Origin: a virus
Length of the DNA stretch: 64,000 nt
Strand: one strand, 5' to 3'
IMG/VR virus record: IMGVR_UViG_3300005662_000024
In this document: positions 42,671 through 57,400 of the stretch, piece by piece
Layout of the letters: each line of letters opens with the position of its first letter
How positions within the stretch are numbered: the first letter of the stretch is position 1
Program-made: the position numbers and the translations under genes
Notes under the pieces: generated by a model
Told to the model about the DNA's origin: nothing
The model's input: the letters and a program-made list of their open reading frames with translations, nothing else
The model's database searches: none

Positions 42671-45600
42671 TGCCTCGTAGAAGACCAATTAATCCAGCAA
42701 ATATTTCTTTAAAAATAGAAGACATATTGACAAATTATGGTGGACCAGATATTGGAAAAGCAATATTAAAAAATTTAGTAGAACAAGGTCCTTTAGGTGT
42801 TGGCCAAGTATTAAGGCTAGACGAAAGAGACGTTGACGTACTTGATGCTTCCGGAGCAGTTACCGGAACAAGACGAGCAATGCAAATTATATTTAATCAG
42901 ACTGGTCAAGCATTTCAAAACCTTGAAGAAGCAATGAACTTTGCAACCGAAAGAGGAATAGTGTCATATTCTAGACTATCTCAAAATCCAGAATATCAAG
43001 TTGGAAGACAGCTTCCATTTGGTGGCGTTAGGTCGGATATGAGAAAAATTAATATTGATATTATTAAAAGAGCTAAAATGCAACCAAATGGAAAAGTTGC
43101 AAGAGACCTAAGAAAACTTGGTTTAGGATTTTTAATGGACGATGCAGGTTTGACTGATAGAAACGGTCAAACTGTATTAAGTGAATTTTTAGAAATAAGA
43201 CCTTCAACAGTAAAAATACCGTTTCAAAGTACAGCAGAAGATTATTTAAAGAATTTTAGAAACTCAGCTGGAGAATTATTAGGAACACTACTTGAAGGCG
43301 ATGATGGATTTACTTTGTATCAATACGCATTTCCTGGAAAAGATTTATTGACTCAAGAACAAATACTTAAATTAAGAGCGTATGCAGGTCTTCCAGAAGT
43401 AAATATTCAATCAGCAATAGATGCTCTTAAGAAAGGTGTAGATCCTGAAAAAGGAATAGAATCTAAAATAATGAAGTTGGGAAAAAGACAAAAGGGAACA
43501 TATTCTCCTAGACAGCTTTCTGCAACAGGTAAAGGCTTAAGTACTTTCATGAGAGGCGGAACACAAGATATAGCAGATACAGTATTAAGAGTAGACACTA
43601 GGGCGGAACTATTGTTTGCAGGTTTATCCAGCAAGGTTACAAATAATGCTCTTAAGTCATCTTTGGCCGATGCATTTAATAGTTTAGATTATAATTTTTA
43701 TAGAAATTTAGACTTAGCAGCATCAGAAGCTTTCGGTAATTTTACAGAAATTTTTGGAAATGAAATTAAACAAGGCGACTATAATAGGTTGGCTCAAATA
43801 CTCGAATCAGTAAAAGGTTCTACAAGTGTAACTTCAGATTTTGAAAGCGCCGTTAAAGCAGATACTAGGTTAAGTAAAAATGTAAAAGATAGAGTAGGTG
43901 TTTTGTTGTCTAAAATGGAAGTACAAGTTGACGGTGCATTAAGAGGTTCTGCTGCATATTTTGATGAGTACGCAGCCTCGCTTCAAAAAACTTTTGATAG
44001 ATTAAATACTAAGAAAAAAAATCTTACGGCAACAGAGTCAGAATTAAGAAAACTAGATGATATACATAAAACTCTTAAGTCTTTCGCTACTCAAAACAAA
44101 AATGGAAATTGGGTAACAGATAGAAATTTATATGGAATGACAGCAAGAATAAACTTTGAGCAGGGATCTTATACTCCTCAGGTAAAAGGTAGACTTGGTT
44201 TTGTTGATGAAATAGTTACAAAAAGCGGAAAGAAGTACGCATTTGTTACTCCTGATGTAAATATTAAAAAAGAAGCATCTTTAGCTAAAGGTATATTTTT
44301 AGATGTATTAGGAAGAGATAAGGGAGTTGATAAGCTTATTGCTCCTGATATACAAAGCTTAGTGCAATATTCTTCTTCTTTTATAGATTTAGATCCAACA
44401 ACTGGTTTAGGCAGTGCACCAAAAGTTACTCAGATGTATGCACAACAGCAATTGCAACAGTTAGACGAAATACTTCAAAGCAGGATTGTTCCAACTGATG
44501 TTATTGATTCAATAATACAAAAAATGGAAACCTCAGAGGAAGCTGCATTTAACGCTGTGTATAGAGCAGGAAAAAGAGGAACTCAATTAACTCATCAACA
44601 AAGTGTTAAAGCAATGCAAAATGCACTATTAACTGGAAACTTTAATACCGAAGCATACAATGCATTATTTAACGAATTTATTTCAAGAACGTATACTGTT
44701 AAAAGAGTTAGTTCTTCTGGAAGAACTAAAACATTCGTTATACCAAAAACCCCAGATCTATATAGGTTTGACATAGAAAGCGAAGCTTCTTCACTTATGG
44801 GTACAAATGAAGCAAGGCTTTTGCAATACGGAAGGGATACAGAGGTTGTTAAAATGGGATCTGGAACATCTGATATATCTTTGCCTGTAACAAGAATTAA
44901 TAATCATAGAATGTTATTCTCTTCACAAAATTCTATAAAATATCAAGCTTCGCATGGTGGTTTCGACTTTGACGATAAAGGAATGCCAAGTATTAGATCA
45001 TACGTAGATACATCAAATGGAGAAAGAAGACTAGCACTATTCTCATTCAGGCAGCCTCCAAGCATTGGCGAATACTCTGTTAGCTCATTTTTAAAGGATC
45101 AAGAAACTTTAAATAATCTATTTGGACATAGCGATGAATTTAAATCCACCTTAAGGACACTTGCAGATACAGACCAAGAAGCAGCTGAGCTTCTTCAGTA
45201 TATGGAAATGAAACCAGTAGATAAAGCATCCGGTAGAGAATTTGCTAAGCTACATAGAAAATTTGCAGGAGTTGGCGTTAGTAATAAAGATATCAACGCA
45301 GGAAATTATTATGGAACAGCTCAATCAAAACTTTTGTCTTCAAATAATTCTTTATTTAAAGATGGTCAAACATCAGCAGATCGAGTGATTATGTCCGTTT
45401 ATGAAAGAATGTATGGCACTGCTCCCGCAGAACTAGCGGAAGATGTTATGAGGGCTTTGAATATTACTAAATCTGGATCACCACTTGCTCTTACCGCTGA
45501 AACCTTTAAGGCTCTTGGGGATAAAGAAAAACTAGAATTTGCTCCACACTATATACAGGGAAATATATATAGAATGTTTGCAGAGTCTAAAGAAATTCCT

Positions 45601-47986
45601 TATACAGCTGAAGAAAAAAATAAGATAGCATCAATAATAAATAGATATGGACTTTCTTCTAACATAACCGCAAATATGGATGAGGCTACTTACAGAGTCG
45701 GTTTAGGAAATTTGATGGAAACGCTCTTAAGTAATACAGGGTCACGGAAACGCAGACGTAGCTCTTGCAGAGATTAACGCAATACAAAGCGCCTATAAAC
45801 TTAGGCTTACATTAGCATCAAGTGATGAAATTCTTGGAAGCTACATTAATACACTAACTGCCTTGGGTTCTTCGGTTCAACAGTTTGATGATATATTATC
45901 GGGAATAAATGGAAATCAAAACTTAAGCGGTTTAAGCAGAGTAATTGATCAAAACCTAGCTGCATTTATAATTGGATCAGAAAACGCAATTGACTTCACT
46001 AAAGCAGCAGGCGGTATGAAGATAAGAGGAGTAGGCGACGTTGTACAGTCTAATATAATAGCAAAAGGATTAGCTGATGCAGCAAGCATGTATGGTACTA
46101 GTATGACAGCTTCTCAAATGGCAACAATAATACAAAATCTAGGTGTTCAAAATCTAAACGACGCAGGTATAGAAAATATTACTAACCTTGGAAGAAGAAT
46201 AGGATTCTTTAGAACAGCCGGAGCAATGTTTGAAGCTGAGGATATGTCTAAGTTTGGTGTTGATATGGCATTAATTCAAAGATCTTTAACTGGTAAAAAA
46301 GCTAAAGAAGCTTTAATACAAGGTATCATGTCTGGCTCTGACATAGCTGTTAATAAAATTAACTTTGCAAGAGCAGATCAAAAAGCTCTAGGCGAAGCTA
46401 TGAGAAGCAAATTTGAAGGCATGAGCGATGCAGAGATAATGAAGGCAATAGCATTACCTGCAAATAGTAAGTACGCAGCCTTAACCATTCAAACCACTTT
46501 TGGTCAAGCTATTAGAGGTACATTTGGAAATATATCTAAACGCGAAATAATGTTAAGAAGGTCTTCCGAAATAGATGCATTTTATTACAGAAGAGAGCAA
46601 TCAGTTCTTCCAACTTCTGTAACTGAAGTAGCAGAGAGAATAGTGGAAGATTTTAAAGCTGATTTTGATTCAATAGAAAACTTTGCAAAAACACAAAGAC
46701 AAGATCTAGGAGAACTTACTCAACAAGCTGAAGCAAGACAGTCTTTGGCTAAAATAAAATTAGCACAAAAATATAAAGAAGAAATACAAAATTCAGTTCA
46801 AGAACTTCAAAGAATGGGATTCTCAAATATTGAAGATTTAGACTTAGCTGACGCAATAGCATACGTTGGAAGAGTTAAAAAGGTTGGTAGATCTTCTCTA
46901 GAAGACTTTATGGGAGTAGAAGATCCAAGATCTCAAGGTTATATTAGTCAGCTATTTTCAAATGCACAGCTAAGAAGAGACTACTTTATGCTTAGCTCTA
47001 GCCCTGATTTTAAGGCAAGTGAATCATATAAACTTCAACAAGTTATGGATAGAGCTTTAGGAAGAGTTTCTCAAAATCAAATGACAAAACTTGAAGAATC
47101 ATTTACTGATGTACAGGAAATATTTAAATTCCTACAAAGAATATCCGAAAAACCTTCTAGTATAAGAAGGCAAGGGGTAGCAGGAGCAACGTTAAATGAA
47201 TTAGTTGATGGAATAATGACTGTAGAAGATTTTCATAGACTAGTAGGAAAAAAGAAAAATACAGTTGGAGCATTTGCCGATCAAGATTTTGGTTATCTAA
47301 GATTAACAAACGTTGGTAGATCAGTAAATGGTGGATATCAGAAAATGTATGACGATATCATAGAAATGAGTACAGCATCTGAAGTTGATATGTTTGAAAA
47401 TGATATAAGATATGCGCAAGGTATAATGAGTGACTTAAGTACAGTTTATCAAGCTAGAGCAAAAGGACTAGAGACAAGATATATGACATCTTCTGGGGAT
47501 GTAGTATTGCCTAGACTTAGTATACCTGGAGGAGGGTCAAACGCAGCTCAAGTTATATCTGGACAAAAATATAAAAGGCTTTCTACTTTAATAGAAGATG
47601 GAACAATTCAAAAATTGATGGACAGACCTTACATTAAGGGAAGCGCTATTGGTGTAGCTAGCTTTGCAGCCTTTGGTTTAATTTATTCAGCAATGAAAGA
47701 CAGAACTCCAGAAGATATGCAAGGTCCACCACTTCTTCCAGGAGGAAGTGCGTATGAAACAGCTTATCCAGGAAATAGTTTAAATCTTCCTATACCAGAA
47801 TACTTATTAGGTTCTAGTGGAAATGGCGTTACATATAAAGTAAATGCTTCTGGTAGCTCCGAAAATGCAAGAAGATTTGGTGAAGCAGCTAGGGGTGTTT
47901 CTTCTGGTTCTTCTTCTATTAATTATTATGATAATATAAGAAATATCTCAACAGACCCATACAAGCAGATGGGTGAGTCTTACTAA
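42670..47986 (+). CDS. large virion protein (tape-measure-like/ejection protein), about 1771 aa, via +1 shift at CGG 45745-45747
   Basis: ...LLSNTGS-(C)GGA-NADVALAEINAIQSAYKLRL... is open through to track ORF 45863..47986. Confidence 0.7.
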
Positions 47987-47994
47987 GGATACAA

Positions 47995-48456
47995 ATGCGT
48001 GATATAGTTTCTCAAAACAAAGAACTCTCTGCTGCAGGAAAAACCCCAAAAGATACTAGCCCTAGAGTAGATAAAGCATTAAATGATTCAGCTTCTGTGT
48101 CTTCTTCTAAGAATCCACAAAGTGATCTTTCTATTAATAAAGCAAAGATAGCAGAATCTACCGCAAGAATAACAAAAGCAAAACCCTCATATGAAGGGTA
48201 CATGAACTCTCCATCTGCTCACATATCAATGAATAATTCTGGATATTTGAATACAAGAGTTCAAAAAGCTAGATATAAAGAAAAACCAATACAAAAATTT
48301 GTTGAAAATAAAAATAATTTACTTGGGTCCTTTAATAATCAACAGAATTCTGCTATAATTAATAGGCATGTAGGTTATAATTCCGGTTCTCTTTTTGAAG
48401 AAAATTCTTCAAGTCAAAGGATAGCTGGAATTATTAATAATAATAATTTAATTTAA
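47995..48456 (+). CDS. hypothetical protein
   Basis: AAGGA RBS; tightly packed. Confidence 0.6.
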   Translation: MRDIVSQNKELSAAGKTPKDTSPRVDKALNDSASVSSSKNPQSDLSINKAKIAESTARITKAKPSYEGYMNSPSAHISMNNSGYLNTRVQKARYKEKPIQKFVENKNNLLGSFNNQQNSAIINRHVGYNSGSLFEENSSSQRIAGIINNNNLI

Positions 48457-48464
48457 AGGTAAAA

Positions 48465-51400
48465 ATGGCTAATAACGATAGAGTTACGCAACAGCAACTG
48501 TTAAATTATTTATCAAGTTTTTGGGCGAGTGCGCAACAATCAATAAAAGTAGAGGGTGAGATAATACGTCCTCTGCAGGAAATACTTGGTGCAGACCTAT
48601 ATAATTACGCAAATAAAACGCGGAGGCTCTACAAATGCTTACCAAAACGCTTCTTTTTGGGCGGGGCAACAATATTCTTACATTGCTAAAGCAAGAGCCA
48701 GTTTATTAAGTTCTGATAACGCAAGAAGTATTTTTTTTACTAGCTCGCCTTCTCCTGGGTATAGTAAACCAGATGGTTTCGGCATTTCATTCAATCCTAA
48801 AAATAGACAAATTAATTACGTAGATCAATTAAATGGTTATTCTTTAAATTTTGAAAATATAATTTCTCCAAAAGATTTTTTTGAAATTATATCACCATCT
48901 GATTTAGACTTTAATAAAAGTGAAGACATTAAAAAATATGGTTATTTATATACAAAGTTAGTTCAAAGCGAACTTCTTAATGTTGTATTCTTTAAACCTG
49001 CAATACAAAAGTTTGCGCAAAAAAGATACACCAACAAAGACGCCTTAGAAAATTCAGCGCTTAATGCCCTAAGTCAAGATGGGTCAGATTTAGAGTGGCT
49101 TAACATGTTAATGGTAGCCTATAACACAATAGTTAAAGACCCAATTTTGACCTATCAACTCTATCAGTACATGCCAAACCTAGCTAAATTTATTTTTGAT
49201 GCCCTGGCTGCAACTGCAGATTATTCAAACAATGGAATGGGTGGATCTGAGTCTGACCCACTTAATGATCCGGTACAAATAGCATTAAGAATGTTTAAAT
49301 CATTTGGTTTAGATAAAGATGGAGAGCCAGTATTTAAACCAGCTTGGACCTTGGTTAACACTGGTATAAGAATACAAAAAGCCCTAGAGCAATTTCCTTT
49401 TAGGGCAAATATACCACCAAGAACACCTGATATATTTCACCTTAGAATAGGCGCATCAAACTTTTATGTTCCACCTGTATCAATAAATGTTGATTCTAAT
49501 TTTAGAACTGGAAGCTTAACAGGTGGAGCGATCAGACAAAAGAATACTCCAAAATTTAACACTGGCTATAAAGATACAACAATATCTCTAAGACTGTACT
49601 TTCCAAATTATGAAGAAATTTGGGGAGTATCGATTATAGATGCAGGCAGCATAGATCTAACAAAAGATAATTTTAATATAGACTTTAGTAGTGATACGGA
49701 AGAAAAAATAGATAAATTTCTTTCTTCTTTACGAGGTTTAATTGCAACCTTTAAGTCATCTCCAATTATACCAATTAAAAATGATTACATAAATAGGGTT
49801 CATGGAATAACTGGCGTGGGCTTAGCTAATATGTCTATTTCTACAATTCCAAGTTTTCCATTCTGCTTAGTAGTAGATTTGGAAATGAACGCTTTTAATC
49901 ATAAACCATTTCTTCCTATGATTAAAGATTTTAATCAAGCTGTTCATTGGGGTAAGTATAGACATTACATTGGTAGGGCAGCGCAAGAATTAGATAGGTA
50001 TGTAAATAACCAGTTCTTGATTAAGAAACAAAATGAAACTGACTCTACGGGTTATAAAGAAGTTACTCTTCCGAACATGGACTTATCAGAAGAAAATGCA
50101 ATAGTAAGAAACGCTCTTTCGTCAACTACTGATGGTCAAGCCGTAGAAAAGTCTTCCGTAAATAATAGTATAGACGAAAGCACTTTTAGTACGGTAACAG
50201 TAAATCCTTATTCCGATTGGAAAAATGGCAATAATATAGAAATATATATGCCTGAGAGAGTTCAAAGTAAGATATTTACGCCAGATACTTCTACTTTTAG
50301 AACTAACCAAGAAAGACTCTTAACGGATACTGGAAGAGATATTTGGGGATCAATATTAAATATTATTGGAATAGACGTAAACGAATCTGCTGGATATGGA
50401 AGGTCTCTTGATTCTGTAGTTAATACTACTTTAGATAGAGTTTATAGCCCAACTTTAAAAAGAAAAGTAAACACCGCACTAGATCTACTTCTTGCAGGTA
50501 GGGGATCTGATGGTATTAATGCAAAAGTGTATGATTATTTAGTTAATGTATACATTCTTAATAATCCAACAATTTTTAATCTTGCAAATGGAGTTGAGTA
50601 TCTAAAGAAGCAAACAGAAGAACGTCCATCTAACAATTACACTTATCCAATTCCAGGAAAAGATAAGGCAACCTTTCCAGAAATAAGAGCATATTTAGAT
50701 TATGAAGCAAACAACGAAAAAGGTGTTCTTAATTTACTTCTACAAGAAATTGTGGAAGAAAAAATGGCAGATAAAACCTTAAAGATATCTAGAGAAGAAG
50801 CAGAAAAACAAGCAAAAGAAGAACTAACAGATTCATTCAATAAAACCTTATATGAAAGATTTTTTATAGCTGGTCCAATAAAAGACTATATAGACGCAGC
50901 GCAACAAAAAGCTGGATCAATCTCATTTAATGAGTGGGAAGTTCCAATGATTAAAGTTGATCTTAATCCAAAAAACGTAATTGTTGATGGAGTAAGTCTA
51001 ACAATGGGAAACAACTTAGTTAGACTTCAAGTTCAAATGCAGGACGAACCAACGTATCAACATGTTGGAGGAAAAGATACATACATAAGTATGTCAATGA
51101 CTATTTTTGGTGAAGAAGATTTAATAAAAATTAGAAATATATTTGAACATATTAATGGCTTGGCAAGACTGGAACATGCAGCCGGAGTAATAGGTTTCTT
51201 AGGAATTAAAAATATTATATCTGCGTTAGCTGGAGTAAAGTATGTTCTTCCTCTTAGATATAATGTCGACACAATACCAAACTTTCCGCATGTATATAAA
51301 GTTCAATTGACTTTAGTTGACTTTGATATTTTTCAACAAAAAAGAGAAAAACTTTCCAGTAAACAACAAGAGCAGTTTGTTAATGAGTTCGGAACAAAAA

Positions 51401-54400
51401 AGAATCCATTCCTTAGAATAAAACAACTATGGGGAAGCTTTAATTCATATCCAGATCTTCCATTGGAAGTTTACGATAAGGATGGAAATGTTGTTGGTTG
51501 TTTGGATCCTGATTATTATTTCAGAGGATTTGAAATGATGGATAGGGATGTAATCAACAACCAATCAATACAGGAGTCTGCAAGACTTACAGCTTCTTTC
51601 TCTTCTGAAAAAGAAGATAGTAGGCCGTCTTCAGAGAAAATAAAAGAAGATGAAAAATATATCATTCAAATAGTTGACTTCTTAAAAGCTGGGTTAATGA
51701 GCGAATTAAGTGTTTGGGCTGAATCTAATCAGTTAACTCCAAGTAGACTTTATTCCTTAATACAAAAGACAATACAAAAATATAATAATTTAAATGAAAG
51801 TTTATTATTAGACTATGTAAATTCTTTAACGTTTGAAGATAAAATATATATATTTACGGACACAAATTTTTCGGTTCCGATGGGAGAATTTAGGGTAGGA
51901 GAAGTAACTTCCGGAACAAAAGAGATCTTAGAAAAAACACTCCATGAAGTATTAAACCAATCAACATCTGAAGAAAAATGGGTAAGCATAAATCCAGATA
52001 ATCTTACCGAGAATGTAGACAATTCAGATGGTGAACTTTTAGACTATTTTCATGGAATAGTCTATGCAATTCCAGCTATGGAAAAGGGTTACGATACAAA
52101 CATACCCGCAATGATGCAAACGGCCCTGGGTTATAATTTTGGATACATAAATAGAAATGATGGAAGATTTTATCTTCAAAATAATGGATTTAATGTAAAA
52201 GAAACAAAAGATGAAAAAGGTAATATAAATAAAAATATATCTTTTATAAAAGTTTCAGATACTCAAACTCCTGATAATCAAGTAAACCAAGCTCATATGG
52301 CAGATGTTGGAACAAAGGCGCTTTCAGAGTATCAGTACGCCTACTCTTCTGGTGGTAGAGAATCAGAGTCAATAGGACCTAATAAGGGTGATCAATTTTC
52401 TGTAACAAAACATTGGGAAAAAATGTTAGTAGATACCTCTTACAGAGATATATCTGGAAGAATGATTAGAGCATACCCAACATATATGTTGTGGCTCATA
52501 GATGAGGGTGGACTTAGGTATTTTGGAACTAAACTTTTCGATAACTTTTATGGACTTCAATCAATAATAGATTTTTCAATTGTTCAATCAGAAGACATAT
52601 TAGGCGACACTTTAATATTTAGAGTATCTAATATGTACTCTAAGTTAAGTAGACCAGAAACTAGTAGAATTTTTGAACCAGGAAATCAAACTGGAACAAA
52701 TAATTTTAATATGACTGAAGGAATCAGTACAATTATAGACACTTTGTTAAATAGGCAAAGAAACTTTCAAGCACATTTTAACAGTAAGTATGTTGTTGAC
52801 ATAGAAAATATAAGACTAAAACCTGGTGTTAGAGTCCACCTAAAAGGTGGATATGGATCTAATCCAAATTCTCTTCAAACTCTTTTCAATGGAATGATTA
52901 CAAATGTTGAAATGGGAGAAATAGTTACAGTTACATGCCAATCAGATGCCATAGAATTAAGTCCAATAATAAACTCTGCGAACAAAAAAGGTGATAGCGG
53001 AAAGATAGATGGAGGCATTAATACTGGAATGTTTCTTTCTGAGCCTAGAGACTTAATGGTTAAATTACTCTCTATGGGAACCTCTAGATTTAGAGAAGCA
53101 TTTGCACACGCTACAAGAGGAACTGTTTTTTCTGAAAATAAATTTGGAATAAGACATTTTGGTTCTATCCTTTATGAGCCATTAAATGAAGTTGAATCAC
53201 AGAAAAATGCAGCTGTAAAACAAGCATTCAAAAATGCAATAGATGCCGTAAGTGATGATTCATTTGGTGTTTCAACATTAATAAAAGGGGCTTGGAATCA
53301 ATCACTTGGATCTTATGATGGTGTAGACATAGCTGCAATAGGAGCAGCAACTGCAGTTGGTGCGGTTACTGGCGGTCTTGGCGTCGGAGCCCTTGCTGGA
53401 ACAGCAGGTGGATTATTAAGAACTCCAATTGTTGGTCATATGAGAACTTTAATGGCTAATCTTTCAACTCAAAGAGATTATGAAATATTCAAAAGAAATA
53501 TTTACCCAGGAAATGGACTAGGTGTATCGCAGTTCTTGGGTGGAGACTTAGACTCAGGCTGGTCAACAGCAGCTACTGCTAGTTTTGATGAATTCGATAA
53601 ACTTGGAGAAGATAGAAAAGCGTATCTAAGAAGACTAGGTGACGCTTCTTGGGATTTTGCTATACAAAGAAACAATCCAATAGTTGATGGAATAGCAGAA
53701 GCTAACAATAGAAGTATATACAATAGCAGTGGAATAGTAGGATCTGCTCAGGCGCTTTCTGTTGCAGCTAGCGCAGCAGGAGCTGGCTTAATAGCCGTTG
53801 GTATGCCGGTTGTTGGCTCCGCAATGCTCGGTGCAGGTTTATTGGGGGCTGCCAACGGAAGATCAACAGGAGCTATATTCGAGACTATGGGATTATTATC
53901 ATCATTAGATGATGATCTACCTGGATTTGATGAAGTTTCCTTTAGGGCTCAAACTTACATGAGAAGTGTTTGGGACATGTTTCAGCTTTGTGCAAGACTT
54001 CTTCCTAACTACATTGTAGCAATAAGACCATTTGAAGATAGATCTACTGTTTTCTACGGAAAACCGCACTGGCTATATACATCTGGCGTGGTTCCAATTT
54101 CAACTGGATTTGTTAGCGAAGAATCTGCAGTAAAAGCAGGCCAAAAATATAATGGACCGCAAAGAATAAATAAAGATACAGATCTAGTTGAGCTTTTAGA
54201 TACAATCAATAAAGCTTCAAATCCAATGTCGGATGCAACAGCTTTTGCTAAAAGCTTTGAACCACTTAGTACAGCAAAAGAAACTGTTAGCAAAATATAC
54301 AATGGACAAGAAGAGTATGCACCAGTTGCGTATATAAAAGATAAGTATAATAGTAAATTAATTAATTTCCAAGATCCTAGAAGAATGTTCTTTCATAAAG

Positions 54401-57400
54401 ATGGAAAAATTTCTGCAAGACTTCCCTTAAATAAGGGCATAGTTTCAGTTGGTTTCCATCTTCCTTTTGGAAAAGAAACACTAAGCGAAATGAATATTGG
54501 CGATATAGCGGATAGTCATAAGCAAATACCTCAACTTCCATATAGATATCAATTTCCTTATTTTACTGATAGAAAAACTTCTTCTTTTGATGGAATTCAT
54601 AGTGGTTACATATTTAATAAAAATACAGCCAACTTAATATCATTTGATGATGATATATTTACTCGCATTTCTAATGGAGAAAGTCCAGAACTTCCAACTG
54701 ACAAAAAAACAACTAACTGGCAAGGAGGATATAATTATTTCCTTTTGTTAGCAGCTGAGTTTAAAGCTTTAAAGTCAGGTTATGGATTAGTAGATTCTCC
54801 AAGTTCAGAATATTCAAACCTGAAAGAAGAAATATCATTTAAATTTAGACAAGATGTTTTTCAATTTACTAAAGAAACTTTAACTGAAATAGATAATCAA
54901 AATTTGTCTTTTAATAATATATTTTATAATACTGCTTTTATGGACACAAACTCAACAGAAGCTAACTTTCAAATAGTTAGAATGCCATACCCAACATATA
55001 ACACAATAAATACGCAAAAATGGACTACTAGTTTTGATGCTGTAGACGCAAGTAATCCAACTCAAAACTTTCTTGGAGAGATAAATCCAACAAACGATGG
55101 GACAAATAATGCAGAATTTGCTATTGCAGATAAGTTTGAATTAAATGCTGGAATAGTGCAAAATTTAGCAAATAGTACAAATTCTATATATTCAGAATGG
55201 GGAATGCCCGCATCCGCTGAAGATGAACAATGGTACATTGCAATGAAATGGCCATATAAACCAAAATGGTTAGAAGATCCAACTATTAAATCTGCATTTA
55301 TAAATCAATATGGAAATGAAAAAACTGGATTAATGCCGCCAGGAGCCACTGTCGGCGATATTAATACATGGAATCTATACGGAGATGCTTCCGACTATAA
55401 GCAAAGAAAAGTATTAGTTTACAGTCCTACAACAAATACAGCAGTATGTTGTAGGCCAGCATATTTTTTATGGGGCGAAACAAAAGATCAAATATACAAT
55501 AACAAAAGCATGTCAAGTATTGACCCTAATGCTGTAGACGGAGGAAATGGAAATCCATTTATAGATGCGGTTGTTTCTCCAGACGCAGCATATCATTTAG
55601 GCATATTAAACACATATGGATTAGTTTCTGCAGAAGGTAATGACTATGTAAACTATGGGTTTGAAATGCAATGGTCAAGTGATAATACAATAAAAACAAA
55701 ACTGTATAAATCTTTGGCAAAATTGGTTTATGACGACGAAAACTATGACTTTTATTCAGAAGATCAATCTTCAGAATATAACAAGTATATGGGAATGTCG
55801 GTAGCTCCATACGCAAGGTCTTGTTATTTTACATTTGTTGAAGATGATTTTCCATTGGGAGTAATTCCTAGTAGTATCGTAAAATCAAGATACTATGATC
55901 TTGAGGAAACTAATAATTCTCAAAACAAATGGACAGCTGGCGAAAATTATATAATAGGATTTGGTTCTCCTGAAGATAATGTTCTTAAGGCAACATACAA
56001 TGGAGGAAACGACGCAGGAAAGTTCGATAATTTCAATAAGCCAAAAGAAGCAAATGAAATATATAGATCTTTTGGATATTTAGCTGATGTACTGGAAAAT
56101 CCAGAGTCTATGATTAAAGATAACTCTGCCATAACTGGAGTTATGTTTAAGCCTTCTTCTGGTCAAATACAATTTAGATCACAAGAAGAAGCAAAAATAG
56201 ATGCGATCATTGGAGGAAACTGGATAGGTTGGTACAATGCAATCACATCAGATCAATCCGAAGCTTTAAATACTTTAAATAAATCAGAACTATATAAAGT
56301 GCTAGATAAAGAAACTAGAACATTTAAGGATAATGATGATTCAGATTCTGGTAGAGCAACATTTAAAGATGTTTATGATGAATCGGATGTTATAGTGTCA
56401 ATGGAAGCTAGAAGAAATTATGATGAAGACTATGATCCAACAGTAACAGTAATAGCCGGAAATGGTAGAACTCTCGCAGAGGCTAGAGAAATATGGGACT
56501 TCTTTAGGGTAAATTTCCATGACGATAAAATGGTTAAATCTTTATTCTACTCTGCTTTTGGTCTTAACCCAGATGACAATGAAGAATTACCAGACTTTAT
56601 TATTAATTTGATAATGGATGATAAGAAAAATCTAAATAATCCAATTTTTGAGAGATATACATTAAAGCAAAAAACACTACCAAAAGGTGGGGAATATACT
56701 GTAAAAGACGACGCTACTGATGATTTTGAAATTCTATTAGGGGAAGATTATATTTCTGGAGAAAGAAAAATAATAGTTCCAAAATCTGGTGAGCAGACAA
56801 TAAATGTCGATAAGTCCCTTATGAAAGAAGCAATTAATTACAGCGCCGAAAAGTTTTTAGACTATAGAACAACAAACGAGAGCTCAGAAAAAGAAGTTCC
56901 AGGTTTATTTCAAGACCTAGATACTGCACTATTAATGAAGTTTGCTAAGCTTACTTCTCTTTTAAGATTCCTAATAGAAACCAACGCAAACAAAGACAAC
57001 GCCTTGTCAAGCACTAATACTACTGAATTAAATATTATATCTTTACAGAGTAGCCTAGGAATATCTAATGCAGACGAACAAACAAGAAAACAAATACTAT
57101 CAAAGATAAATAGTCCCAGAAAACTGTACCTACTAATAATAGGTTGGTTTAGGCAAGCACTATGGTCAGACGCCTATTCAAGGGCGTGGTTAGTACTTAA
57201 GCCAAATAGAAGACTTAAGCATTATTCATCTAACCCGCTCCTTCCTGGGGACTTTGGAAATGGCGGTTTAGAAAGAGCAGATGGAAAGTGGGACTTTTCT
57301 CCAATTTATAAAGCTTGGCAGGCTTTTATTGATCCAAACTCAGACTATGCTAAGGACATGGAGCAATTTAAAAAATTCTTAGTTGCTAATGCTAAAGAAG

